A DNA stretch of 36,995 nt from Candidatus Eiseniibacteriota bacterium. GTDB taxonomy: Bacteria > Eisenbacteria > RBG-16-71-46 > JAGVPR01. The notes below the pieces were generated by a model. The model searched no databases. It was not told where the DNA came from and worked only from the letters and a program-made list of their open reading frames with translations. Positions 7,909-16,699 of this stretch are shown piece after piece. Where the stretch lies: assembly GCA_020052115.1 (NCBI GenBank), contig JAGVPR010000109.1:1-36995 (forward strand), read 5' to 3'. Both the position numbers and the translations under genes were made by a program. Within the stretch, counting starts at the first letter, position 1. Each line of letters starts with the position of its first letter.

Positions 7909-9018
7909 TCACCGGGCGCGACCGCGAATAGACGATTTGATCACGCGACCCGGTGCTCGTGGAGGTTCCTCGGCCGCCATGGCTAGGGCCGCCGGCGCGA
8001 GATCTTCGAGCGGCAGCGTTCGCTCCGCGGCCCCGAGGTCAACGGCCGCCTTCGGCATTCCGTAGACGACGCAGCTCGACTCGTCCTGCGCAAGAGTCCG
8101 GCCGCCTGCCTCGCGGATGGCCAGGAGTCCCTCAGCCCCATCTCTGCCCATGCCGGTCATGAGGATGCCTGTCGTGTCTCGAGCGGCCTCGGCGGCGCAG
8201 GAGTGAAACAGCGCATCAACAGACGGTCTGTGCCGGTTGACGGCAGGGCCGTCGTCCAGCCGGACGACGAGCGCGTTGCCCGATCTCGTCAGCCTCATGT
8301 GGCGCCCGCCCGGAGCCAGGAGAACGCTGCCGGTGAGAACCGCGGCCCCGTCTTCGGCCTCGCGCACGCGCACGGTGCAGAGGCCGTCGAGGCGGTCGGC
8401 GAACGCGCGCGTGAAGGTCTCCGGCATGTGCTGCACGGCAACCACCCCGGGGCAGCCGGGAGGGAGCGCCTGCAGGAACGCCCGAATCGCCTGAGGTCCG
8501 CCCGTCGAGGCGCCGAGCGCGATCACGCGTTGCGCAAGGGCCGGTTCCGTCCTCTCGCGCCGCTCGAGCGACGGACTCTCGACCGCCGGCCTCGTCCGGT
8601 GAACGCGGGCGTGGGCCGCTGCCATCACCTTCTCGACCAGGTCCGAGGCGAGCCCGGCTCCCGAGTCGCCCGCCCCGAGACGTGGTTTTGTGACGAAGTC
8701 CACCGCTCCCAATTCGAGCGCGCGAAGTGTGACGGCGCAGCCGGCGGCCGTGTAGGTCGAGACCATCACGACCGGCATCGGCCGGGCCCGCATGAGCTTC
8801 TCCAGGAACGACAGGCCGTCCATCCGCGGCATCACGACGTCGAGGGTCAGGACGTCGGGCCGGAGTCGCCCAATCGCTTCCCACGCGGCGTAGGGATCGG
8901 AGGCGACGCCGACGACATCAATGCGCGAATCTCGACCGAGCAGGCCGCAGATGACGTGGCGGGCGACGGCCGAGTCGTCCACGACAAGCACTCGGACCTT
9001 TTCGCTCGGCGGGGTCAT
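7909..9018 (-). CDS. cheB: Chemotaxis response regulator protein-glutamate methylesterase
   Basis: REC domain (VLVVDDS, TLDVVMPRMDG) plus esterase triad GASTGG, VQHMP, TGMGRDG; ATG at 9018 overlaps the cheD stop (TGATG). Confidence 0.97.
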   Translation of the reverse strand: MTPPSEKVRVLVVDDSAVARHVICGLLGRDSRIDVVGVASDPYAAWEAIGRLRPDVLTLDVVMPRMDGLSFLEKLMRARPMPVVMVSTYTAAGCAVTLRALELGAVDFVTKPRLGAGDSGAGLASDLVEKVMAAAHARVHRTRPAVESPSLERRERTEPALAQRVIALGASTGGPQAIRAFLQALPPGCPGVVAVQHMPETFTRAFADRLDGLCTVRVREAEDGAAVLTGSVLLAPGGRHMRLTRSGNALVVRLDDGPAVNRHRPSVDALFHSCAAEAARDTTGILMTGMGRDGAEGLLAIREAGGRTLAQDESSCVVYGMPKAAVDLGAAERTLPLEDLAPAALAMAAEEPPRAPGRVIKSSIRGRAR

Positions 9019-9602
9019 CAGAAGAGCGTGACGTCCCCGAACGAGACGCTTTTCTGATTCCACTGGCGCTCCCGGTGGAGCAGCCGCGCGCGTGTCGTGA
9101 GCCCTACGATCCGGCGCACCCTCGCCCTGCCGCTCGTGGCGTGAAAGCGGACCTCCCGCGGGCTGTACCCGCCGACGTCCTCGCTCAGAACGGGCATCCC
9201 TTCATCGCAGAGGAATTGGCGGGCGAAGTCCACATTCCTCCTCGGGACCGCGAACGCATCGGGGTTGACGCCCACGACGTGACCGCCTCCGAAGACCTTC
9301 GCGACGAGCCGGCTCCGTTCGGCGCCGAGCTTCATGAGCGCTCCGATCAGCTGGTCCATCGCGTGCACACCGTAACGCGTTGCGGTGTCTCCGGGCTGTT
9401 GCGACGCGCCTTCGGGAAGCAGAAAGTGATTCATCCCTCCGATGCATCGCTTGGGGTCGAAGAGGCACACCGCCACGCACGACCCGAGCAGCGTCCTCAC
9501 GACGACGGGATTCGAGGATGCGTAGACCCCTCCGATGAAGAGCACGATCTCGGGGACCTCGGACCGGGGCGCGGCCCGTGTTTCTTCGGGGAGCGCGCTC
9601 AT
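9018..9602 (-). CDS. cheD: Chemoreceptor glutamine deamidase
   Basis: TLLGSCVAVC, GGMNHFLLP, AKVFGG and EDVGG motifs. Confidence 0.96.
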   Translation of the reverse strand: MSALPEETRAAPRSEVPEIVLFIGGVYASSNPVVVRTLLGSCVAVCLFDPKRCIGGMNHFLLPEGASQQPGDTATRYGVHAMDQLIGALMKLGAERSRLVAKVFGGGHVVGVNPDAFAVPRRNVDFARQFLCDEGMPVLSEDVGGYSPREVRFHATSGRARVRRIVGLTTRARLLHRERQWNQKSVSFGDVTLF

Positions 9603-9976
9603 GCGGCGTCCTTTCTCAGTACTCGGCGTACGACCTCACGCAGCGTGCCTGCCTCGAACGGCTTGACGATCCAGCCAGTGGCTCCGGCGTCACGGCCCTT
9701 CTGTTTCATGTCCGAGCCGCTTTCGGTGGTCAGCACCAGGATCGGCACGAAGCGGTTCTGCTGAGACTGTCGAATCGCGCGGACAAGACTGAGACCGTCC
9801 ATCCTCGGCATGTTGACGTCGGTGATGACCAGGTCGGCAGCGTTCGATTCGAGAACGGTGAGCGCGTCCTGTCCGTCACACGCCTCGAGGACCAGGTGCG
9901 AGTCCTGTTCGAGCGCCTCGCGCACCATCCGGCGCACCGTTCTTGAATCATCGGCGATCACCACTGTGGATGCCAT
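9599..9976 (-). CDS. cheY: Single-domain response regulator CheY
   Basis: 125-aa REC-only protein: ADDS, TDVNMPRMDG, LTTES, WIVKPF; lies within the che operon. Confidence 0.93.
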   Translation of the reverse strand: MASTVVIADDSRTVRRMVREALEQDSHLVLEACDGQDALTVLESNAADLVITDVNMPRMDGLSLVRAIRQSQQNRFVPILVLTTESGSDMKQKGRDAGATGWIVKPFEAGTLREVVRRVLRKDAA

Positions 9977-9999
9977 CGAGTCTCCTCCTGATTGGTCCG

Positions 10000-10914
10000 T
10001 CAGCCCGGCGGGCTCGGCGCCGCGGCATAGATTGCGTCCCCGAGCGAACGGAGCCCGTTCAGGCGTCCGTGGGCGTGCTCCGCGTGCCCGAGGAAGATGA
10101 GACCGCCATCATTGAGTGTCGTGACGAATCTCCGCGTCACTTCCCGCTGAACGCCTCCGTCGAGGTAGATCAGCACGTTCCGGCAGAAGACGGCGTCGAG
10201 CCGGCTCGCGATCGGCCAGTCGTCGAGGAGGTTGATCCGCGTGAACGTGACGAGACGGCGAACCTCCGGTCTTATGAGGAGCAGGCCGCTCTTCGAGCCG
10301 ATGCCTCGAAGGAAGTAGCGCCTGAGAAGGTTGCCCGGCACGCCGGACGCTTGCTCGGCTGTGTACACTCCGGTCGCGGCGCGTTCCAGTACTCCTCTGT
10401 TGATGTCCGAGCCGAGGATTTTCACGTCCCACGACCCGGCGGACGCGCCGAGGGCCTCCAGAACAACGAGCGCGATCGTGAAAGGTTCCTCGCCCGAACT
10501 GCATCCGGCGCTCCAGATCCGCAAGCGCCGCTCCCCGGTCTCGGCCGCAAGGGCTATCCGGCGGGGGAGCCAATCGCGGGCCATGTATTCGAACTGCTCC
10601 GGCGACCGGAAGAACTCCGTCTTCGTGGTTGTGATCGAGTCAATGAGGCGGGCGATCTCCTCGCCACTCCGGTCCCGTTGCGTCAACAGATCGTGGTAGG
10701 CGCGGTACGACCCGAGTCCGAGGCTCTGAAGCCTCTTCCTGAGGCGCACCTTCAAGAGTTCGCGCTTCGCCGGCTTGAGTTCGATGCCGGTCCTGGCGCA
10801 AACGAGATCTCGGAGCAGGGTGAACTCCTCGTGACCCAGGTGGATCTCGTTCTGGGCCGGAAGCGGGGCCGCGCTTTCAAGTGCCGGCCACGCCGCACGC
10901 TTCGCCGTTATCAC
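10000..10914 (-). CDS. cheR: Chemotaxis protein-glutamate O-methyltransferase
   Basis: TTTKTEFFR, IWSAGCSSGEEPFT, GSDIN, FCRNVLIY, LGHAE. Probable GTG start at 10914 overlapping the cheW stop (GTGA), with GGAGAGG upstream. Confidence 0.95.
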   Translation of the reverse strand: MITAKRAAWPALESAAPLPAQNEIHLGHEEFTLLRDLVCARTGIELKPAKRELLKVRLRKRLQSLGLGSYRAYHDLLTQRDRSGEEIARLIDSITTTKTEFFRSPEQFEYMARDWLPRRIALAAETGERRLRIWSAGCSSGEEPFTIALVVLEALGASAGSWDVKILGSDINRGVLERAATGVYTAEQASGVPGNLLRRYFLRGIGSKSGLLLIRPEVRRLVTFTRINLLDDWPIASRLDAVFCRNVLIYLDGGVQREVTRRFVTTLNDGGLIFLGHAEHAHGRLNGLRSLGDAIYAAAPSPPG

Positions 10915-11399
10915 GCTGCCTCTCCGGCGGCGGTCACTTCCTCGGAGAGGATTCTCTCGACGTCGAGGATGAGACACAGCTTATCGGCCGTGTGTACAAC
11001 GCCGCGAATGAACGGCACGGAGTTGCTGCCGAGGTCCGGCGGAGGCTGAAGCTCCGAGTCCGTGAACGTCAGCACGTCCGAGACCGAGTCCACGGCCAGC
11101 CCGACGGCGGCTGTCTGCGGGCGGACGACGATCGTCACGGCGAGCGGAGCTTCCCCGACCGCCGAGCCGCCGAGCCTGAGGCCCAGATCGAGCACCGGGA
11201 TCACGGCTCCGCGAAGGTTCATCACGCCTTTGACGTAGGCCGGCGTGTTCGGGACGGCGGTGATCGGAGCCTGGCCGCGAATCTCCTGGACCGACAGGAT
11301 GTCGAGCCCGTACTCCGCGTCTCCGAGCCTGAACGTCAGGACCTGAGTGCCCCGGCGTTCCTCGCGCGCGTCGCTTCGTTGATCAAGCTGTCGGGTCAT
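10911..11399 (-). CDS. cheW: Chemotaxis coupling protein CheW
   Basis: LTFRLGDAEYGLDILSVQEI, VPNTPAYVKGVMNLRG, GLAVDSVSDV. Confidence 0.97.
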   Translation of the reverse strand: MTRQLDQRSDAREERRGTQVLTFRLGDAEYGLDILSVQEIRGQAPITAVPNTPAYVKGVMNLRGAVIPVLDLGLRLGGSAVGEAPLAVTIVVRPQTAAVGLAVDSVSDVLTFTDSELQPPPDLGSNSVPFIRGVVHTADKLCLILDVERILSEEVTAAGEAA

Positions 11400-11408
11400 G
11401 CCGCCCTC

Positions 11409-13148
11409 CTAGAATTCGACGAATCCATCGGCTTCATCCGATTGCGGCATGGTCCCGCCTGTTGCCGAACGGCGCAGTCCGGTTCTCGGCCTCGCGGCGG
11501 ACGGTGGGGAGATCGGAAACACGGCGGCCTGAAGGCGCCTGGGACGCTCGAATCCCCGGCTCGGAGGCGCGGTCGTGGAGACACGGGCCGCATCGCCGTC
11601 GTCCAGCTTGAACCGGCGGACGAGCGTCAGGAGTTCCTCGGCCTGCGACGAGAGCGCCTCGGAAGTCGAGCTCAGCTCCTCCGATTGAGCCGCGTTCGAC
11701 TGGAGCACCTGGTCCATCTGCGCCACGGTGATATTGAGCTGCTCGATGCCCGCAGACTGCTGCTGCGCCGCGGTCGCGATGCCGGACATGATCTCCGTCA
11801 CCTGCTTCACCGAGGTGATGATCTCGGCGAGAGTCCGGCCCGATTCGTTGACCAGATCGGACCCTGCGTCAACCTTGGCCACCGAGTCGCGGATGAGACC
11901 CTTGATCTCCTTGGCAGCCGTCGCGCTCCTCTGCGCCAGATTGCGGACCTCTGTCGCGACGACCGCGAACCCGCGGCCCTGTTCGCCGGCGCGGGCCGCC
12001 TCGACAGCCGCGTTCAGCGCCAAGAGATTGGTCTGGAATGCGATCTCGTCGATCGTCGTGATGATCTCCGCGATCTTCTTCGACGCCTCGTTGATCTCCG
12101 ACATCGAGCCGACCGCCGCGGCGACCACGCCGCCGCCCTTCTCGGCAACCGTGCGGGAGTCCATGGCAAGCCGGTTCGCTTCTCGCGCATTCTCCGCGCT
12201 CTGCTTGACCGCGCTCGTGATCTGCTGCAGGGCGGCGGCCGTCTCTTCCAGAGAGGCGGATTGCTCCTGGGCTCCGCTCGAAAGCTGCTGCGCCGAAGCG
12301 GTCAACTGCTGCGCCGCCGCGGCTCCGTGCCCGGCGGCGGCGCGAACGTCGCCGAGTGTCGTCCGCATCGCGTTCAGTGAGCGATCCAGCGATCCCGCCA
12401 TCTCCCCGATCTCATCGGAGGAGGCGTAATCCAGCCGGGAGGTGAGGTCGCCGGCCCCGACGGATTCGAGCACTCGCGACGCCCTCGAGAGAGGGCCGGA
12501 AATGCTGCGCGCGATTCCCAATCCGAAGGCGACGGCGACTGCCACAGTCAGCACCATGAGAGCCAACGCGAGGCGGCGCGCGTACCCGTACTCCGATCGT
12601 CCGTGTTCGGCCCGTTCGTCGGCCGACTGGATCTGCATCGCGAGCAGTTGGTCCGGCGGACCGCTCGTCTCCTCGAATGCCGACTTGACGGTTCCAAGCG
12701 ACGCGGCCCAGGCCAGCTCTTCCTGGCCCTTGCTGCTCGGGGAAAGCGCCTGGGAATCGCGTGCCTGCTTGTAGCGCTCCCAGGAACGGTCGAACGATTC
12801 GAGCAGCCTGCGCTCTTCGGGGGACAGGCTGGCGCCTTCGATCGCCGTCATTGCGCCTTCGATCGAGACGTCCAGCCTGGCGATTTCCGTCTCGCATTCC
12901 CGCTTGATTTGGGGATCCGCCGCCAGCACGTGCTCGACCTCCAGGGCACGGGCGAGGTGCGTGTCCTCCTGGATGGTCGCCAGCTTCTCCAGGAGCAGGA
13001 CATCATGACCGGTCGTCAGCTCCAGGTTCTCCTGAATGCCTCCCATGAGGACCAGTGTGACGATCCCGAGCGCAACCGTGAGGGTCGCTGCGAGGCCGTT
13101 GGCGATCATCAGCTTCGTAAAGGTCCTTCTGTTTCGAAACCAGCTCAT
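11409..13148 (-). CDS. Methyl-accepting chemotaxis protein (TM - four-helix sensor - TM - HAMP - signalling domain) with C-terminal pentapeptide GFVEF
   Basis: Two TM helices; HAMP (GDLT...SDEIGEM); hairpin tip [30 protein letters not shown]; flexible tail ending GFVEF. Confidence 0.97.
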   Translation of the reverse strand: MSWFRNRRTFTKLMIANGLAATLTVALGIVTLVLMGGIQENLELTTGHDVLLLEKLATIQEDTHLARALEVEHVLAADPQIKRECETEIARLDVSIEGAMTAIEGASLSPEERRLLESFDRSWERYKQARDSQALSPSSKGQEELAWAASLGTVKSAFEETSGPPDQLLAMQIQSADERAEHGRSEYGYARRLALALMVLTVAVAVAFGLGIARSISGPLSRASRVLESVGAGDLTSRLDYASSDEIGEMAGSLDRSLNAMRTTLGDVRAAAGHGAAAAQQLTASAQQLSSGAQEQSASLEETAAALQQITSAVKQSAENAREANRLAMDSRTVAEKGGGVVAAAVGSMSEINEASKKIAEIITTIDEIAFQTNLLALNAAVEAARAGEQGRGFAVVATEVRNLAQRSATAAKEIKGLIRDSVAKVDAGSDLVNESGRTLAEIITSVKQVTEIMSGIATAAQQQSAGIEQLNITVAQMDQVLQSNAAQSEELSSTSEALSSQAEELLTLVRRFKLDDGDAARVSTTAPPSRGFERPRRLQAAVFPISPPSAARPRTGLRRSATGGTMPQSDEADGFVEF

Positions 13149-15211
13149 GTTCGACCCTCCGTTCCTGTCGCGCTCTCTGCCGAAAAGGCGGCTGCCGCCG
13201 CGGGGATTGCGGCCGCTCGTGCGCGGCCGCGAAGCTGCCGGTCGCCGGAATCCCCCCGCGATCTCCGGGCGAGCGCCAGCAGACCCGCGACGTCCAGGAT
13301 CATCGCGACGCGACCATCTCCCAGAATCGTCGCGCCCGAAATCCCGTCGCTGCGTGTGAAGTGGGTGTTGAGACTCTTGATGACAACCTGCTGCTGAGAG
13401 GAGAGTTCATCCACGAGGACGGCCGCTGAGAAGCCGTCCTGGGTGACGACCACCGCGATCTTCTCCGTGGCGTCGGCTCGATCGGTGTCGTGACCGAGGA
13501 GATCGGCGAGTCGCACCAGGGGAAGCGCTTTGCCGCGAACCAGGATGGCCTCGGCTCCTCGCGGCATCTGCGAGATGGAGCCTGCGCCCGGACGCACGGA
13601 CTCGGCGATGGCGGTCAGCGGGAGAACGTATGTCCGGCCGGCCGCCTTGAGGCACTGGCCCTCGATGATGGCCAGCGTGAGCGGAAGCGACACGAGGAAT
13701 CGGGTGCCTTGCCCGCATTGGCTCTCCACGGCGATCCGACCGCCGGCGCTTTCGAGCTTCTTGCGCACGACGTCCATGCCGACGCCGCGTCCCGAGATCT
13801 GCGTCACCTTCTCCGCCGTCGAGAGCCCGGGGTGGAAGATGAGGTCGCGGATCTCCTCGTCCGAGGGGGTCTCTCCGGGCGCGGTCACTCCGAGATCCGC
13901 CGCCTTCGCGAGAATCGCGTCCAGGTCCAGCCCGCGGCCGTCGTCGGAAACCTCGATGAGCAATTGGCCCGCCGACTGCCTGGCCGCGATGCGAACGACG
14001 CCGGCGGGGTTCTTGCCCGCGGCCTGACGGGTCGCGGGGTCTTCGATGCCGTGATCAATGGCGTTGCGTACAAGGTGGTTGAGCGGATCCGCGAGGAGAT
14101 CCATCACCGCCTTGTCAATCTCCGTATCCTCCCCGTCGGTCTCCAGACGGATCTGCTTGCTCTGCTCGGCGGCCACGTCGCGCACGAGCCGGGGAAAGCG
14201 GCCGAGCAGCGAGCGCAGAGGGACCGTGCGCACCGCCATCATCCGCTCGTGCAGCTCTCGCGCTTGCCGGTCCATGCGGGCCACGGACTCCTCAAGAGAG
14301 GGGAGATCCTCCGGAGCGAAATGGCCGACCGTTCGGACGATCATTGATTGCGTGATCACCAGCTCGCCGACGAGGTCAATGAGCCGATCCACCTTGTCGG
14401 TGCCCACGCGGAGGCTCGAACCTTCGACGGACGGCGGTGCGCTTCCTCGCGCCCGGGTCTCGCGGTCCATGGTCTCCGGACCATCATCGGATGCTGCTCG
14501 TATCGAAATCGCTGCGGGATCGCCCACGAATTCGAAACGCTCTGCAATCGCCTCGACTGTCGCGTTCGTTTCGAGCCGGATGTCCCATCCCAGGTAGCAT
14601 TCCTCGGGCGACATCTGTTCGAGTTCCGGAAGGTCGCTCATGTCGGGGGACACCCGGACCAGCGTGCCGATCCGTTCGAGCTGCATGATGAGGTGGATCG
14701 GATCGAGCCCTCGGCGCAGCAAGTCGCGCGGGGGCCGGAATCGGATGTCGTAGGTCGTCTTCGGCTCGGAAGGGGGGGCGAGGGACGTGGTCGTCCGCGG
14801 CGGTTCGATTTCGGTGTCGCAGCCCGCGGCGACGTCCCGCAACGCGGCCTGCAGGGATTCGCGGACGTGCTCGTCCTCGGCGGAACACGATTCGTTCCGG
14901 CGCGACTCCTCCAGCATCCGCCGCAGAGTATCCGTGGACGTCAGCAGGAGCTCGACGACTCGCGGCGTTGACTGAACGTTCTCCGAGCGAAGTCCATTGA
15001 GCAATTCTTCCACGGCGTGCGCGAAGTGGGCCATTTGGTCGAGCCCCACCATTGCGCTGCTCCCCTTGAGGGAATGCGCGCAGCGGAAGATCGCATGGAT
15101 GGTGTCGGAATCCGCGGCCCCGGATTCCAGGCGCAGAACGCCCGATTCCAATTCCGCGAGCAACTCCGATGCTTCCTCGAGGAAGATTTCTCTCAGGGAT
15201 TCTTGGGTCAT
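13145..15211 (-). CDS. cheA: Chemotaxis histidine kinase CheA
   Basis: Hpt [12 protein letters not shown]; P3 [13 protein letters not shown]; P4 [28 protein letters not shown]; C-terminal CheW-like P5. Confidence 0.98.
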   Translation of the reverse strand: MTQESLREIFLEEASELLAELESGVLRLESGAADSDTIHAIFRCAHSLKGSSAMVGLDQMAHFAHAVEELLNGLRSENVQSTPRVVELLLTSTDTLRRMLEESRRNESCSAEDEHVRESLQAALRDVAAGCDTEIEPPRTTTSLAPPSEPKTTYDIRFRPPRDLLRRGLDPIHLIMQLERIGTLVRVSPDMSDLPELEQMSPEECYLGWDIRLETNATVEAIAERFEFVGDPAAISIRAASDDGPETMDRETRARGSAPPSVEGSSLRVGTDKVDRLIDLVGELVITQSMIVRTVGHFAPEDLPSLEESVARMDRQARELHERMMAVRTVPLRSLLGRFPRLVRDVAAEQSKQIRLETDGEDTEIDKAVMDLLADPLNHLVRNAIDHGIEDPATRQAAGKNPAGVVRIAARQSAGQLLIEVSDDGRGLDLDAILAKAADLGVTAPGETPSDEEIRDLIFHPGLSTAEKVTQISGRGVGMDVVRKKLESAGGRIAVESQCGQGTRFLVSLPLTLAIIEGQCLKAAGRTYVLPLTAIAESVRPGAGSISQMPRGAEAILVRGKALPLVRLADLLGHDTDRADATEKIAVVVTQDGFSAAVLVDELSSQQQVVIKSLNTHFTRSDGISGATILGDGRVAMILDVAGLLALARRSRGDSGDRQLRGRARAAAIPAAAAAFSAESATGTEGRT

Positions 15212-15255
15212 TTGGCTCCTCGGATTCTTTCTTCTTCTTTCTTCTTAGGTTCTTC

Positions 15256-15282
15256 TTATCGGCCGGGAACGCGGTGCCTTGA
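15256..15282 (-). promoter_or_regulatory. Sigma28 (FliA)-type promoter of the che operon
   Basis: Minus strand reads TCAAG-N14-GCCGATAA, 44 nt upstream of the cheA ATG; the -10 is the exact sigma28 consensus. Confidence 0.8.
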
Positions 15283-15568
15283 GCCCGACGAACCCCGACG
15301 AGAATCGGAGTCGCCGGATCGTCGAGGGGGGGGGCCACGGGGGCCTGCGGGCGTCCGCGCCTGCGGGCCTCGTTGGGGCCGTACGCGGGGCTCGTCGGTC
15401 CAGACGGTGGGTGTGTTCCCTGGTGCATCGGGGAGCCAGGCTGTGCTAGTCTCCGGAGCGGTGTTGACGACGCGCGCCGGGGACGAAACGGGGGAGGGAG
15501 CGATCGCCTGCGACTCTGGGCGCGCTAAGTCCAGAACTCGTTTAGTCGCAACGGACTGCGGCTATCGC

Positions 15569-15654
15569 GGAGGGATGGCCGAGTGGTCTAAGGCGGCGGT
15601 CTTGAAAACCGTTGACCGAAAGGTCCGTGGGTTCGAATCCTACTCCCTCCGCCA
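15569..15654 (+). tRNA. tRNA-Ser (anticodon TGA)
   Basis: Acceptor GGAGGGA/TCCCTCC, anticodon loop CT-TGA-AA, long variable arm, GGTTCGAATCC T-arm, discriminator G, encoded CCA. Confidence 0.97.
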
Positions 15655-15729
15655 GCGCGGAACCGGCTTACAATCAGTCTGGAGATCAGGGGAACCGGCC
15701 GAGGCGTTCGGCTTCCGTACCCCTTTCAC

Positions 15730-15823
15730 GGAGAGGTGGCCGAGAGGCTGAAGGCAGCCGCCTGCTAAGCGGTTGTGGGGGATAATAACTCCACCGGAGG
15801 TTCGAATCCTCTCCTCTCCGCCA
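15730..15823 (+). tRNA. tRNA-Ser (anticodon GCT)
   Basis: Acceptor GGAGAGG/CCTCTCC, anticodon loop CT-GCT-AA, long variable arm, GGTTCGAATCC T-arm, encoded CCA. Confidence 0.97.
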
Positions 15824-15831
15824 GTTTCAGT

Positions 15832-15908
15832 GCGCCCATAGCTCAACTGGATAGAGCGTCTGGCTACGGACCAGAAGGTTGGGGGTTCGACTCCTCCTGG
15901 GCGTACCA
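15832..15908 (+). tRNA. tRNA-Arg (anticodon ACG)
   Basis: GCGCCCA/TGGGCGT acceptor, TAGCTCAACTGGATAGAGC D-arm, loop CT-ACG-GA, GGTTCGACTCC T-arm, encoded CCA. Confidence 0.97.
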
Positions 15909-15914
15909 CAACAA

Positions 15915-15980
15915 CGGGACGTCCGGCACATGCCGGGCGGCCCGATCTGCTGTGCGCGGCGGATCGCAACGCGACCGCCG
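15915..15980. terminator. Two GC-rich hairpins between the convergent tRNA cluster and dedA
   Basis: CGGGacGTCCGGCA-ca-TGCCGGGCggCCCG (15915-15944) and CGGCGGaTCGC-aac-GCGACCGCCG (15957-15980); no clear U-tract. Confidence 0.4.
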
Positions 15981-15985
15981 TTGAA

Positions 15986-16654
15986 TCAGTTCTTCTTCGG
16001 CGGTCCTTCCGCTTCTACGCTCACCGGCTCCGGCTCACCGCGCACGCGGTCCTTCCAGTGATGCCACACGAACCACACCACCCCAGCGAGGACCAGGATA
16101 CCGATCACGAGGTCCATCTTGTGGAAGAGGCCTCGCAGCGAGTCCCACCGTTCTCCGAGCTTCATTCCGACGAACGCGAGCAGCCAGGACCAGATCACGG
16201 ACCCGACGAAAGTGTAGACACAGAACTTGAAGATCGGCACGCGCGCGACGCCGGCCGGGACCGAGATGTAGGTGCGGATGACCGGCAGAAGGCGCGCGAA
16301 GAAGACGGTCGCATCGCCGTAGCGCGCAAACCACCGATCGGCGCGGTCGAGGTCGTGGCGGCTGATGAGCACGTAGCGACCGTACCTCATGAGGAGCGGG
16401 CGCCCGCCCCAGAGTCCGAGGTAGTACGTCGCGACGCTCCCGATCAGGCATCCGAGGCCGCCGGCCAGCGAGACCCACAGAAGCTGAAATCGGCCGGTGC
16501 TCACGAGGTAGCCCGAGAACGGCATGATGATCTCGGAAGGCAGCGGGATCGCAGCGCTCTCGATCGCCATCAGAAGCACGATCCCTGTATATCCGAGGGC
16601 GGCGATCGTCGAGAGCACGAAGCCGGAGAGGACGGCCAGGATCTTCGTCACCAT
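15986..16654 (-). CDS. dedA: DedA family membrane protein
   Basis: ESAAIPLPSE acidic motif, YYLGLWGGR, FFARLLPVIRTYIS; hydrophobic helices. Confidence 0.93.
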   Translation of the reverse strand: MVTKILAVLSGFVLSTIAALGYTGIVLLMAIESAAIPLPSEIIMPFSGYLVSTGRFQLLWVSLAGGLGCLIGSVATYYLGLWGGRPLLMRYGRYVLISRHDLDRADRWFARYGDATVFFARLLPVIRTYISVPAGVARVPIFKFCVYTFVGSVIWSWLLAFVGMKLGERWDSLRGLFHKMDLVIGILVLAGVVWFVWHHWKDRVRGEPEPVSVEAEGPPKKN

Positions 16655-16699
16655 AGGTTCGCGATTCTGACAGGGTGGCGCGGGCCGCGCAACATGAGC

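Noticed and set aside
15225-15257. TTC tract as a phase-variable microsatellite or CRISPR remnant
   Set aside because: Imperfect, short and without spacers; better explained as an A-rich leader of cheA.
15569-15654. tRNA with TGA in the anticodon loop read as tRNA-Sec or a suppressor
   Set aside because: Anticodon TGA decodes the UCA Ser codon (Sec needs TCA); normal 7-bp acceptor stem and Ser identity features.
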